From the NCBI RefSeq assembly GCF_001194135.2, contig NC_068998.1, positions 28,747,472 to 28,811,471 on the forward strand: a stretch of 64,000 nt of DNA, given 5' to 3'. Of the stretch, positions 1 to 13,950 are shown piece by piece. The stretch's first letter is position 1. Every line of letters begins with the position of its first letter. The notes under the pieces were generated by a model. The model did no database searches, was not told where the DNA came from, and was given only the letters and a program-made list of their open reading frames with translations. This stretch comes from Octopus bimaculoides (taxonomy: Eukaryota). Made by a program: the position numbers and the translations under genes.

Positions 1-1539
1 AGGCAATAGGATATTACATGGATCTACAAGAAGTGTATTCTTGATGCTGGACAGTCCTGGCTGGTATGATGTCCTTGTCTGCTAGTTTGATTCTGAATAA
101 TGTCTGCCAGTTGCCTGACTATCCCATAGACACAAGAAAGGACAGTATTTTGTGAAACCTGACTGCATTCCCATTAACATTCCAATTACTTTTAAATCTC
201 CACATATTTTCCATGAGTATTTTTCATAGGCAATGGCATGAACTAAAAGTTCCATATTCTCATATGATTCATGAAGAAGAACAAAGTGTGCAATACGAAT
301 GGAGGGCTTGAAATTACTGATATGGAGAAGTACAGCTTTTAAACTTCGTTTTGAAGAGTCAATAAACAAACGCCACTCTGCAGAATCATGATTTTGTGAT
401 AAACATTCAATAAGTCCATCAATGTTAGTGCAAAAGCAAACCGAGCCTTCAACAGAAAAACACATTTGTAGAACTACATTTCGCTGCCAAAAATAAGTTA
501 TACGCACACTGTGTTCTGGCAGATACTTCTCCTTCAGTCTTGATGCCAACAGTTCTGCTTTATCTTTTGAGTAGGATAGGTCTCTGACAAGGTCATTCAG
601 TTCAGCTTGGGAAAATTTCTGAGGTTCAAAGCTATCGTCATCAGCCACTTAATCTTCCTCAGCAGCACTATTGTGACAGTCAGCAACATGATCTGATATT
701 TCAATACCATCATTTGGTGGAACTGGAATTGGCAGACTTCCATTGTGAGGCACAGGTCTCATTGCGGAATCCAAATTGGGATACACAATTTTGTGTTTGT
801 TTATTCTTCATAGAAAATCTCGTGACATTTACTTTGCAAAAATAACAGTCATTAAAATGGTCTTTTGGCTCACTCTATATCATTGGAATGGCAAAAGGCA
901 TGGGCTTCTTATTATTGAACCAGTCACATAAGTCATTTGAGCAAGCTGAGCTGATAAAATGTGGTGCCCATAACTTGTTCTGATCTCCAAGAGGACAGTT
1001 AAAGTATAGCTTATAAATCTTCTTGATCTCTGGTGTTATTGTACATTTTTGAGCTTTCACAATAAATTGTCCACAGACATAACAAAACGCATCAGGACAA
1101 TTTCTACACTGTCTTGACATTGTTGACGTTGTAAACAAGTAAGAAAATAGATACAAACAGTTATACTTATATTGAATTTGAGATGATGAAATATTTCATG
1201 AGACCAATTATGACTGGTCAATTTGTTATGCTGAAATACCTATTTCATCAGACAAAACTTGATTGGTTAATTTAAGATGATGAAATATTGCATCTGAACT
1301 ATGCAGCAATGAATAATGTAGTTTATTCTAAAGGTATGTTTCCATGATGTAAATGAAATACATGCAAACATGTCATTAATTGGAATTTCTATATAATGCA
1401 TGAGCTAAAACCCCAAAACTTTCTCATCTTGAAAACTGTCGCGATGTCAAAAAACTAATTGTATATTTGAAATCAGCATTAAAAGCTACACTAAGTATAC
1501 CTTGACATATGCTTGATGAAAAATACTTGTTGGTCAGTA
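1..1539 (-). mobile_element. Decayed Chapaev3-like (CMC superfamily) DNA transposon, 5' part; continues past the window start
   Basis: ORF 875-1156 begins MSRQCRNCPDAFCYVCGQF...LGDQNKLWAPH. ORF 82-648 contains ELNDLVRDL..SKDKAELLASRLKEK, WRLFIDSSKRSLKAVLLH, WKICGDLKV and GFTKYCPFLCLWDS, which I recognise from this transposase family. TIR-like end TACTGACCAACAA (minus strand) at 1527-1539. Frameshifted. The family name is from recall, not a search. Confidence 0.7.
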
Positions 1540-1589
1540 TTGTTAATGACATCTGCCCAACTATCAGGCAATTTAAATATTCTATAATT

Positions 1590-2705
1590 ATAAAATTTGA
1601 CTGGTTTTGAAGAAAAAACTTTATTTAACTGCATCTAAACTCCATCTAAATCATTAAATGTTTTTCCTTACAATGAGTTCTGTGGAGACAAAAACAAGTG
1701 GTTGTTAGATGGCACAGTATCAGGAGAATATGGTGAATGGGGTGAGAGATCCCAGCCAAGTTCATGTAATTTTGCTCAGGTAGACTCATGTGGTCAGGCA
1801 ATGTGTTGTTGGAACACTAACCCTTTCTTGCTAGCAATCTCCAGCCTCAATTCTTTGATTTTTTGGTTCAAATTAGCCAGCTGACAACAATACACATCAG
1901 AATTAATTGGTCTGGTTTTGTGGGAGAAGCTCATAATAACTAATGCCTTTATGATCCCAATAAACACAAAGCATAACTTTTTTGGCATGGATATTTATCT
2001 TTGGTTGCTGTTTTGGAGGATCCTTATGCAAACTCCAGGATCTTTTTCCCACTACGTTTTCATAGACAAACCAATCTTCATCTCCAGTCACAAGTTGTTT
2101 AAAAAAAGGCATGCTTTCAGTATGTTTCAAAAGTATATCACAAATGGAATACCGGTCCAAGCAATTCTTTTCTGAAGTTTGTGAAGGATCCATACATTAT
2201 AGTGTGAAATGTATCCTGGCTTCACTAGGTGTTCATGAGCTGTACTTCTAACTCCTCTGCAAATTCTCTAGTTGTGATATTTAAGTTTTCTTCGATTTTT
2301 GCCTTCAAAACATCTTCATCCAATTTTGAAGGTCTTCCACTATGTCATCTTCCAAGCTAAACTTTCCAGCTTTAAATTTTGCAAACCTCTTTTGAACAGT
2401 TGATTCACCTACAGCATCATCACCATAAACTTCACAAATGTTTTTGCAAGTCTTTGCAGCATTTTCTTCTTTTTTAAAAAAGAAAAACATTACAATATGA
2501 ATATGAAATTTTTGATTATCCATTTCAAATGTCAATAAAAGGTAACCGGAATGAAAGATAAATCTATTTTTAGTCAGGAAAAAAGAAGAGATGCACTAAC
2601 ACTTCAAGCAACGCCAAAGTTTTAACTGTGTTACATTTCAGGTGCGCTCAATGAAGTTTTAAAAGATTTAGCTCAAAAATGTTCAGAACTTTCCAGTCAA
2701 CCTAA
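1590..2705 (-). mobile_element. Decayed mariner (DD34D) transposon
   Basis: Fragments 2305-2535 (HTH: AAKTCKNICEVYGDDAVGESTVQKRFAKFKAG), 1903-2193 (LVTGDEDWFVYEN, KKVMLCVYWD) and 1700-1800 (LGWDLSPHSPYSPD). TIR TTAGGTTGACTGGAAAGTTC ends at 2705 and is followed by TA. The other end is degenerate. Confidence 0.9.
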
Positions 2706-2711
2706 TATATA

Positions 2712-3800
2712 CAGGGGTTGGACAAAATAAAGGAAACACCTTAAAATTTCAAATAAATTAATTTTAATATGGGGTAGGACTGCCTTTGGCAATAATTACA
2801 GTTTGAATTGTTTCCAAAGGAATTTTTGTCATTCTTCAGCTAAAACAGTCTCCAGTTCTTGTAGTGATGATGGTGGAGGATATTAACTCCTTACTTGTTT
2901 TTCTAAAATACACCATAAATGTTCAATAATATTGAGATCTGGGGACTGTGGTGGCCAGATAAGATGTTCAACTTCACTACAATGTTCCTCGTGCCATTCA
3001 GTAACAACTTTAGCTGTGTGAATTGGTGCATTATCATCCTGAAAGATTGCATTTCCCTCCAGAAACAGTTCCGCAATGATAGGATGAATTTGATCAGATA
3101 AAATGCTTAAATAGTCTTGACTATTAATTTTGCCATGAAGGGAAACCATTGGGCTGGCAGATTTCCAAGATATATTCCTCCACCCTCCAGATCATCACAG
3201 ATTCTCCTCCATGTTTAACAGTTGGAGGAAGGCAGTCTGGGTCAAATGCTTCTTTTGGCTGTCTCCACATGCAAACTCAGCTGGTGGTTGGAAATAATGT
3301 AAAGGATGACTCGTCCGAGAAAATAACATTTTTCCACTGCTCTAGGGACCAATTCTGTAGGTTCTTACTCCACTCTAAATGCTTTGCAACGTTTGTTTTT
3401 GAAAGTAGTGCTTTTCTGATTACAGCCCTCCCATGAAATCTGGCTTTATGCAGTTCCTGGTGAACAGTTTTTGTGGAAACTGGGTTCTCAAGGTGGTCAT
3501 TAAGCTCTGCAGTAATTTTGGGAGCTGTACTTTTGTGATCCTTTCTAATAATTCATGTAAGAGTCCGATGGTCCCTATCTGAAAGTTCTTGTTTTTTTCC
3601 AGAGTTTTGTTCCCATGAGGAGGTTTTCCCTCTTTATCAAAGGCTATCATTACTTTCGAGACAATACTTGATACACCAAACATTTCAGCTGTTTCTGTTA
3701 TGTTAGTACCTGCCATATGAGCATCAACAACTTGACCTCATTGAATGTCTGACAGATCTGTCATTTGAATTAATTTTAATTACCTTTTTCTGATGATATC
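2712..3800 (-). mobile_element. Decayed Tc1 (DD34E) transposon
   Basis: TA|CAGGGGTTGGACAAAATAAAGGAAACACC terminus at 2712. ORF 2883-3149 has FQDDNAPIH and WPPQSPDLNIIEHLW. ORF 3420-3716 has a paired-like HTH (TETAEMFGVS). Second TIR not found. Confidence 0.9.
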
Positions 3801-4642
3801 AGTTGCAATCAGTGAATACAGTGTAAAATTTATATGTGTTTTATGTATAGGTATATAGCATGGAGATAAACAGGCTCCATCAGGCTGGGATACATCATTA
3901 TCCTTGTTATACAGAGTGTTATAGGGCTTGCAGATATAAATCCCTAGGTTATAAAATATCTTAAATAGAAGGCAAAAATATTTTGAAGCAACATGAAATG
4001 ATAAATGACTTCAATGAGAGCTGAAGAAATCAAGGTGTCTTTCTTAATGCTCTTAAAATCAATATTAATATGACCATTATGATTAGCATTAAGAACCACA
4101 TCATATGAAGTGACAAGATACTGTTTATTCATATGTCATCACTTTGTTCAAGTGGAAAGAGAGAGAAACAGAGACAGAGAGAAGGGAAGAGTCATACATA
4201 ATGTTTGAATGATGAATAAACTTGAAATTAATATGTATTTTGGTATTGAATGGCAATGATACGCATCAACTTAATGCATGCTTTTCCCCCAACCCTGTGG
4301 TGACTCACTAATTTTTCAGAAGCTCTTCTCAAAATTATTTCATAGAATGTGATTATTACACAAACCAGCATATGTTATTGAATTCTGTATTGGAAATTAT
4401 ATTCAGCAATTGCTATAAATTAATTTCATGATTAAATTCCAAGTTAAAGAAAGTATGTGTATGATAGCTGGAGGGTTCATAATTTTGACCTAGTTAAAAT
4501 ATCAACAAGTTGTGAGCAATCTATAAAATTCTACTACTTCTCAGAAATGGTGTGAATTTGACAAGCACTGAAAATGTTTTGATTATTTCTTTTAATGAAG
4601 TAACTTGAGTTTTGTCTTCCTAAAAATATCTCATGTCTAGAC

Positions 4643-4979
4643 TAGTGTTTCTCAACCTTTTTACCCTTGTGTAACCCTTAAAATAAATTACATGTTTCAA
4701 GGAACCCTGGCACAAGAAAAAATTATATACCATATCTCTCTCATAGTTCTTTCATCATAGTTCATGTAGTAAAAATATATATATATGTATGTATATAGTT
4801 GTTATATTATTTGTTAACTTAAGTTAGATAGGATGATGTCTATATTACAATATTACAATAACCAACATGTTGTGCATGTATAGTCATATTACGATCATGG
4901 AATTAGTAATAGCTTATCTCACTCTTTCTTGGGGAACCCCTAGGAACCCCTTCCAGGGAACTCCAGTTGAGAAACACTG
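4643..4979. mobile_element. hAT (Charlie-type) MITE, 337 bp
   Basis: TIRs TAGTGTTTCTCAAC / GTTGAGAAACACTG. Perfect 8-bp TSD GTCTAGAC at 4635-4642 and 4980-4987, matching the NTCTAGAN Charlie target preference. Confidence 0.9.
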
Positions 4980-5513
4980 GTCTAGACAAATATCTATGTT
5001 CATTCTATGGATTTTTTTATACACAGTTCCCAAAGATGATTTATTTTACTGAGATTGAAACAATTTCGTTCTAGAATGAAGGAATTTATATATTTACTAG
5101 TGTTATGACTGGTTTCTTAATTACACATGATTTCACAAAATGTATATTGTTTTATACATGAATGGTTGATGAAAAGAGAGATGAAAATGATATTTTTCTC
5201 TTTTGTTTATTTTTCTCACAAAATACTATATACCATATTAACATTTTAAAACTATTTCCATTTTGTGTACTCATTAAAAATTCATGATATAAGTAAGCTG
5301 TGTAGAAAAATAAAGCTTTTAGTTTAAATTTTCCAAATCTGAATTTCTCCGAATTTTTCCTTCTTTGTGTCAAATCCAAGTGAATTTAGTATCACCAGTT
5401 TTCCTTCAAGAAATTAAATGGCTAAATATTATAAAGTAAAGATATGTATATTTAACATATACTTAGCAAAAATCACTCTTCTAAAAGACAATATTATTTA
5501 GTCTTAAAGATAC

Positions 5514-5722
5514 GTGTGTCTGTGTTTGTCCCCCCAACATCGCTTGACAAACGACGCTGGTGTGTTTATGTCCCTGTAACTTAGTGGTTCGGCAAAAGAG
5601 GCCGATAGAATAAGTACTAGGCTTACAAAAAATAAGTCCTGGGGTCGATTTGCTCGACTAAAGGCAGTGCTCCAGCATGGCCGCAGTCAAATGACTGAAA
5701 CAAGTAAAAGAGTAAAAGAGTA
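5514..5722 (+). mobile_element. SINE family A, 3' half
   Basis: Near-identical to the reverse complement of 37804-38000. Ends in a (GAGTAAAA)n tail. Confidence 0.85.
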
Positions 5723-6585
5723 TACCGAAATTAACAACTTACAGATATACCAAAATTTTAGGTTTATATCTTACAGATATACCAAGGTTTTAGGTTTATG
5801 GTTAAAAGGAAATGAAATTGTGTGATGCTCATGTTCTCTGATAACCCTTTTAGCGATAATTACAATACATTAGCCTAGAATAAAATGAACACTTTTATTA
5901 GTATTTCCTCTAGACTGTCAGTAAAATAAAGAAGGAAAGACAAATATATGTATGCATATGTGTGCGTATATATATATATATATATATATAAATATATCAG
6001 AAATAAAGGTGATATACAGGAAGCTGCACTGTCAAAGTTGATTACCTTTCTTTGTTCTGTGATAGAAAGTTCAGTTACCTGATGTCAACAAAGGATGTGA
6101 ATAAGATAAGTGATATTTCCCTATGGTGTTCATGATACCTCCTGTAGATAACATCAGCCATCTGTATTATTTTTAGAATTAAAAGAAATAATGTATTATA
6201 TTTTGATCAATTTGTTGCTTCTAATTTATCAGACTTAATTATTGTTCTAATTAATATCTAATTGATATCTGTGGCTTTTTTTTTTGTATTAAAAAATCTC
6301 TTTCTATATGATAATAATTTTTTTTTAATTAATGATATTAGAATGTTATACAAAAACCTCACCAGCTAAGGATAGGAGCATTTTTCAACATGATCACAAG
6401 AGTATTCGTTATGGGATAGGAAATACATAAACACTTGTTCATTTGAAAGCAGTACTCACTGCTGTGTGATAGTGACTAAATCTGAAGATTATACATCCAA
6501 ATCTGACGTTTAAGCAAATAGTAATTCAAATAAAAGACAAGGTAATTGCTGAGAAGTTTCTAAATCCCAACGGTTTCCTGGAATC

Positions 6586-6956
6586 TTTTCTCTTATACTT
6601 GTTTCATTCATTTTCACTGTGGCCATGCTGGGGCACCATCTTGAAGGGTTTTAGTCCAACAAATCAACCCCAAAACTTACTTTTTGTTAAGCCTAGTGCC
6701 TATTCTGTTAGTCTTTGCTCTCAAACCCCTGAGTTATGGGGGTACAAATACACTGACACTGGTTTTGAAGCAGTGGTGGGGGACAAACACACACACACAC
6801 ACACACACATTTTTCTTCTAGTTTCCATTTACTAAATCCACTCACAAGACTATGATTGGTCCAAGGCTATTGTAGAAGACACTTACTCAAGGTGTCATGC
6901 AGTGGGACTGAATCCAGAACTATGTAGCTAGGAAGCAAGTTTCTTACCACACAGCC
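6586..6956 (-). mobile_element. SINE family A, full-length, diverged
   Basis: Same head-(CA)n-tail layout as 37804-38250. Confidence 0.8.
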
Positions 6957-7067
6957 AAGCAACCACCTATGCTGATAATGAAAAACCAGTTCTCTTCTAA
7001 CACAATTCTATAATTCTTTATTTATTGATACTGGTTTCACACACACATACAAATGTGAGTGTATGTG

Positions 7068-7117
<50 letters not shown>

Positions 7118-7149
7118 TATAGATCCTCAAAAAAGTGTCATTCTACAAC

Positions 7150-7880
7150 TATTATTACTGATGCATTTTGAACTGATGATATAGCTTTTACTTCTAATAC
7201 TGTCAAGGAAACTCAGCCACTATTTCAGTGAGTTAAGGAAGCTGCAAAGCAGATTGGACTACATACCAATGGAAATAAGACTGAGCTGATGGCTTTCAGT
7301 TAACGAAAAGAACATACATATTGAAAGAGTGCAAACATGAAATGTGTGACTGACTTCAAATATCTAGGATCATGGATCAAAACCTCAAAGAGAGAGTCAG
7401 TGAATGAATAATTATATGTGCATGATCAACAATGAATAAGATATCTGTAATATGAGAGCCAATCTATTTAATGGTATCCCAATTCAGTTATTTTAGTGTT
7501 GCTGAATGTTGGTCATCTATGAAAGTAGTAGAAAGATTAAAGCTACATAAAGATGTTAATAAGGGTGGAAAACGTTCTCTGGTAGTAACGTTTACCAAAC
7601 AGTGTATTATATGGAAATATACCATTATTAACAGAAACTACCAAACAATGCAGACTGAAGTTTGTGGGACACTGTTGGCAATGAAAAGATGAGGTTGTAC
7701 ATCAACCATTACTATGGTAACCAGTATATGATAAAAGAAGAAGCAGACAGTGTCAAACATATGAGCATTGCTGGAGGACACAAACTTTGAAAAGAACTGT
7801 ATTGCAGAGTTGCAGAGATGGTGGTACATGAGAAAATGTGGAGGAGACTGGTTGATTGATTCAAGTGTGCTCTATCTACA
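7150..7880 (+). mobile_element. Decayed RTE/RTE-X LINE reverse-transcriptase fragment
   Basis: Broken frames read DDIAFTSNTVKETQ, KQIGLHTNGNKTE, VTDFKYLGSWI and RLKFVGHCW. Confidence 0.65.
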
Positions 7881-7883
7881 TAA

Positions 7884-7914
<31 letters not shown>

Positions 7915-10370
7915 GCGTGTGTATGCGCGTGTGCGCGCGCGTGCGTGTGTGCGCGCGTGCGTGTGTGTGTGTGAGCACACACATACTTGATAACCATTGA
8001 CCTATCACATTAATCTACAAAATGCACTTAATATTTCTATTAAAAATAGTCTTGGAATGCATAATTTGTAGTACAGGTTGGTTATGATACACCTCTGGGT
8101 GTATATTGTATATTTTCACCTGATTGCTGCCGTTTTATACAAGTATTGATTCTGTAATCTTATTTCTTTTTCCATACAGCTCAAATAGAATTCACTTGCT
8201 TGTCACTTTTATACTTAAGAAGAGATAAATAAGAACATATTGAATTTTATCACCAATGAGAAAATAGGCAGAAAACAACTACTAACATCCATCTTCAATC
8301 AACATAGACATACAGATGCCTGAATATTTGTGTGTTTAGTTTTATATATATGTGTAGGTGTGTTTGAATGTATGTGTGTGTGTATATATGTGTTAGCAGA
8401 CATGCTTGCATATATCTATGTATTTAAGTGCTCTCTGTTCTTCCTCCTGTTCACACTTATTTGTTTACACACACACACACACACACACATACATACATGT
8501 TTGTTTTTGTGTTTGCATGTGTGTAATAACGTGTATGTGTATGCAGTTATTTAGTTGTGTGTGTGTTTAGATATATTGATTCAGTAAAAAATATAAAACT
8601 TCTCTCTCCATGGTTTAACTTTAGACAGGGGCTGAGAACTCGATACAAAGTTCAGATTCCACAATAGCAATAAGACAAATTTGCTTTATTTTTATGTATT
8701 TAGTTGTGATTATCTCTTAAAGAAAATCATTGCTTCCATTAGATAAATAGATTGGTTGCAAATTTTCTGTAATGTTGCTAGCTGATTTTTATGATTTTTT
8801 TTTTTTGTGACCGATGAGTGGAGTTTCCCTACATTTATTTCCAATATTATATCTTGTCTTAAAGCTGCATTCCATAGTAGTAATTGTTTTGTATAAGAAA
8901 CTTTTCTTTTCATTTTTTTTTTTAAAAGATGGTTCTAGAGTAGTTTATTTGAAACTATAATTGCAGAAAGTGGCTGAATTATTGTTAAGAAGCAACAGAG
9001 AAGAAACTAAAAGAAATATTTTTAAAAAAATGATGATATGGAAATGGATAATCATGACATAAAAAGTAATGTCTGACTAACATGCAGCATTACATTACTT
9101 TCATATAGAAGTCATATAGTTTGCCTTTCTCTTTGAAGAGAGAAATTGTAGTTAACACAGTTACACTAATCTCTGAACAGTTTTCAGTCTCCCCTACCCA
9201 CATCATGGATTGCCAGAATCATTTGCTATTTTTCAACCCTGGATTAGCCCTAGACAGGGACATGTTTTTCTGAACTAGATATTTTTGGATGGCCTTTCTC
9301 TTTTAAACAGTACAATATGATTTGAAACAGATTTGGCTGCAATTTCTGAGCACATAAACAGGCCACAGAGAAAAATAACAAAAATAGTATATTACTGCTA
9401 GCAACAAAACATCTGAGCAATTCACAGCCTTCATTTTATGTGTGCTTCTCCTGCTAATAATTCCTGTACTTCATATCTGTAGTCCTAGATATCTATTAAT
9501 GATCCACATGTTGTATTGCATCTTTTTAAGTCCATTGGTTACTCTGAGTACACAATATCAACTTTTTACTTATTCCCTTCCTACATATTGAACAAAAACA
9601 TTTCCTGGAAGACAATGACATTTTTTTTTATTAGATGGCTGTAATTAGGGAACCTGGAATTAAGAGACATAGTTTATAAATACAGTTTTAGGGATATAAC
9701 AGAATTTTATTAACAGTGGGAGTTAGAATATTAATAAACACATTGTTTCAGTCTTGGTTCAGAACTGGGATGTCATTAAAAACATGACCTTTTGTAGATT
9801 CCCCAAGACTGGTTGAAGCGAAGAAGGAAGTTGGTGATCTGTCCCAAATACTAGCAAAGAACTAGGCAGTGGTGTCAAACCAAGCTATATATTAAGTCCA
9901 CTATACATATTGTCTTACAAATATTTAAACTGAACATCTACCAGTCTGATTTGAAGAGCATGTGAATGTCATGGGCAGAGCCACTTCCTCCATAATTAAT
10001 AATGATTACATTGCAGAATAAAACATGAAATACTGACCAAGTGAGAAAACCTCTAAATGGTTACTTGATCTGCTCAAAGTCTTCTCCAAACCACATCCTG
10101 CTATCTTAAAAGAGACATTGAATAATGTTGTCCTGGATACATTGTATCTGAATATAAAGGTAAAATGGAGCATCTTTGGTCATATATGTAGCTAAAAACA
10201 TCAATACACACGTTTCAACAGCATGGTTGTTAATAAACAACCACACTATTGAAACACATGCAGTGATGTTTCAAGCGATTGATTCTTGTTTATTGTGTGT
10301 GTGTGTGTGTGTGCACGTGTGTGTGAGTGTGTATGTGTGAGTGTGTATGTGTGAGTGTGTGTTTATACCA

Positions 10371-10525
10371 CAGGCATGGCTGTGAGGTAAGAAGTTTGTT
10401 TCCCAACCACATGGTTTCAGGTTCAGTCCCACTGCATGGCACCTTGGGTGAGTGCCTTCTATTATAGCTTCAGCCTGACCAAAGCTTTGTGAGTAAATTT
10501 GGTAGACAGAAACTAAAAGAAGCCT

Positions 10526-10568
<43 letters not shown>

Positions 10569-10820
10569 ATGAAGGCATGGAAAAGTGGAAGTTAGATGAT
10601 GATTATGTTGACAATGATTTTTATCTTATAGTTGTTTCAGTCATTTGACTGTGGCCATGCTGGGGCACTGCCTTAAAGGGTTTAAGTCAAACAGATCCCA
10701 AGACTTATTTTTTAAGGCCTAGTACTTATTCAATCAGCCTCTTTAGCCAAACTGCTAAGTTACAGGGATATAAACACATCAACACCTGTTGTCAAGCAGT
10801 GTTGGTAGACATACACAGAC
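10371..10820. mobile_element. Two SINE-A halves in opposite orientation: head on + (10371-10527), tail on - (10631-10820)
   Basis: A/B-box head GGCATGGCTGTGAGG...GGTTCAGTCCC on plus. Tail TTGTTTCAGTCATTTGACTGTGGCC on minus. Confidence 0.75.
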
Positions 10821-10977
10821 ATAAAAGAAGTAAATAGACACCCTTATAATCATTAAAATTTATTTAAATCTGAAATTATACATTCAAATTATTTGTTAGT
10901 TGCTATAATGTGAACATTTAATATTTAGTAGACATGCTCTTTGCATTTTTCAATGCAAGGGCCCTATTAGACATGTT

Positions 10978-11088
10978 AGTTCAAGTCAGTTCTTTCTCAC
11001 AGTTTGACAGATATGCAATGTCATTCAAGAAATTGAGCAAATACAGAAAGAAGCTGGAATTGTGAGCTTACATACACTTTTATGTCAA
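10978..11088 (+). repeat. 111-bp direct repeat, copy 1, with acceptor-51-nt exon-donor structure
   Basis: Identical to 14723-14833 except for 2 substitutions. Confidence 0.9.
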
Positions 11089-11149
11089 ATTCAGATGGTG
11101 AATATTCTCTCGTGGAATTTCTTGCTAAGTTTCATGCAATAGTCTCAAA

Positions 11150-12060
11150 AGATCTGGCTTTGAAGATACTTTCTTGTTCTGTTTATGAAATGTCCTAGCC
11201 ATTACGCCTCAGAGATGTTCTATAGGGTTCATATCTGGTGACTGGCTTGGCTATGGAAGCTTTCTAATGCCATTCTTTTCCAACAAATCTTGGGTCATTT
11301 TAATCGTGTGACAAGGAATCCCATCTTCCATAAATAGAGAATCTTCTTTAATCATTTTACCACTGGAGAAGTTTGGAAGGAGTCCTTTCTGCAATATGGA
11401 CACATATTTATTTGAGTTTATCTTTTCCTTACACTCCACCGGCTCTGATCAATCATTGCTCCAAATTGTTCCCCAGATCATCACAGAATAGCTGCTGCAT
11501 TTCATTGCTGGTTGCAATCTTTTCACATCAAATTCTTGATCACAGAGTCTCCAGACCACACTCGACCACTGTTAGGAAATACAGCAAATCTGGACTCATT
11601 GGAGAATATGACAGTGTCCCAAAATGCTAATAGCCTCTCCACCATATTGGCTGGTCAAAGATGTGGTTTCCTTCTTGCTCTGCCATAGTAACCAAGTTTG
11701 TGGAGATACCCGACAGCTGTTCAGGGACTGACATCAACTTGCTCTGCTATGTCAGAGGTCTTGCAATGAGGATTATCCTCCACACTTCTCTGAGCAAAGA
11801 GAAGGATCCTGTCAGAGGACTCTGGTTGATCTGGACAAGGTGATGTGGACTCCTTCCCCTCTCTGGTGAATTGCACAATCACTCTATTAACTGTAGAAAG
11901 AGGATCCTAAGGTTTTCTGTGATTTTACACTGACTATATCCACCTTGAGAATGACCCACAATACAGCCTCTTTGAAATTCCGACAGTTCCAAGACTTCTT
12001 TTGTACATGGTCTGATTAAAGAGCAACATGTAGAATCTGAAACATAAACATGTTAATTAA
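11150..12060 (-). mobile_element. Decayed Tc1 transposon remnant
   Basis: ORF 11251-11439 (INSNKYVSILQKGLLP, LFMEDGIPCH, KNGIRKLP), followed by WPS-QSPDMNPIEHL. Confidence 0.8.
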
Positions 12061-13028
12061 TAAGAAATATAAACCTTTACAAGTTAGAATAGACAGAAAA
12101 CGATGTTTTATGGGGTGTCTNNNNNNNNNNNNNNNNNNNNNNNNNNNNNNNNNNNNNNNNNNNNNNNNNNNNNNNNNNNNNNNNNNNNNNNNNNNNNNNN
12201 NNNNNNNNNNNNNNNNNNNNNNNNNNNNNNNNNNNNNNNNNNNNNNNNNNNNNNNNNNNNNNNNNNNNNNNNNNNNNNNNNNNNNNNNNNNNNNNNNNNN
12301 NNNNNNNNNNNNNNNNNNNNNNNNNNNNNNNNNNNNNNNNNNNNNNNNNNNNNNNNNNNNNNNNNNNNNNNNNNNNNNNNNNNNNNNNNNNNNNNNNNNN
12401 NNNNNNNNNNNNNNNNNNNNNNNNNNNNNNNNNNNNNNNNNNNNNNNNNNNNNNNNNNNNNNNNNNNNNNNNNNNNNNNNNNNNNNNNNNNNNNNNNNNN
12501 NNNNNNNNNNNNNNNNNNNNNNNNNNNNNNNNNNNNNNNNNNNNNNNNNNNNNNNNNNNNNNNNNNNNNNNNNNNNNNNNNNNNNNNNNNNNNNNNNNNN
12601 NNNNNNNNNNNNNNNNNNNNNNNNNNNNNNNNNNNNNNNNNNNNNNNNNNNNNNNNNNNNNNNNNNNNNNNNNNNNNNNNNNNNNNNNNNNNNNNNNNNN
12701 NNNNNNNNNNNNNNNNNNNNNNNNNNNNNNNNNNNNNNNNNNNNNNNNNNNNNNNNNNNNNNNNNNNNNNNNNNNNNNNNNNNNNNNNNNNNNNNNNNNN
12801 NNNNNNNNNNNNNNNNNNNNNNNNNNNNNNNNNNNNNNNNNNNNNNNNNNNNNNNNNNNNNNNNNNNNNNNNNNNNNNNNNNNNNNNNNNNNNNNNNNNN
12901 NNNNNNNNNNNNNNNNNNNNNNNNNNNNNNNNNNNNNNNNNNNNNNNNNNNNNNNNNNNNNNNNNNNNNNNNNNNNNNNNNNNNNNNNNNNNNNNNNNNN
13001 NNNNNNNNNNNNNNNNNNNNNNNNNNNN

Positions 13029-13950
13029 GGGCAGCAATATCAAAGGCAGGCTAACTAGGAAGTTAGTTTTTGTATGTGGCAGATGTTCAGGAGCAATAAA
13101 CACTGAAAATGTGCAGAAAACAACTTCTGCCACATTCTAGGGAGAAAAACTAGACGTAGTTGATAGCTTCCGTTATCTGGGTGACCAAGTTAGTAGTGGG
13201 GAATATTGCACTGAAAGTGTAGCTGCTAGAATAAGAATAGCCTGGGCAAAGTTCAGAGAGCTCTTACCTCTGCTGATGACAAAGGGCCTCTCGCTCAGAG
13301 TAAAAGGCAGACTGTATGACGCATGTGTACGAACAGCCATGCAACGTGGCAGTGAACATGGGCTGTGACTGCTGAGGACATGTGTGAGCTCGCAAGGAAT
13401 GATACCAGTATGGTCCGATGGATGTGTAATGTCAGTGTGCATACTTGACAGAGTGTAAGTACCTTGACAGAAAAGTTGAACCTAGGAAGCATCAGTTGTG
13501 GTGTGCAAGAGAGACGATTGTGCTGGTATGATAATGTGGCGAGAGAATGGATGAGGATAGCTGTGCGAAAAACTGCCACACCCTGTGGAAGAGGTAGACC
13601 CAGGAAGACCTGGGATGAGGTGGTGAAGCACGACCTTCGAACATTAGGCCTCACTGAGGCAATGACTAGTGACTGAGACCTTTGGAAATATGCTGTGCGT
13701 GAAAAGACCCAGCAAGGCAAGTGAGACCATAATCTAAGGCCTCTGCCAGGGATGTAGCCAGCCCACTTATGCATACCTTTCCTTCATTGGACACTAAACT
13801 TCACTTGCGAAGACCTGTTGAGGCAACTGAAATCGAAATTGAACCAAATTCGATGACTGGCACCCATGCCAACCTCTCCTTCATTGGACACTAAACTTGG
13901 CTTGTGAAGACCTGTTGGGGCAACTGTACCAGTGGAGTGCTAAGAGCACC
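13029..13950 (+). mobile_element. RTE LINE, 3' part of the ORF plus 3' UTR
   Basis: FRYLGDQVSS, AARIRIAWAKFRELLPLL, LYDACVRTAM, QERRLCWY and GRGRPRKTWDEVVKHDLRTLGL. The 3' UTR has an internal repeat of about 40 bp. Bounded by gaps. Confidence 0.9.
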
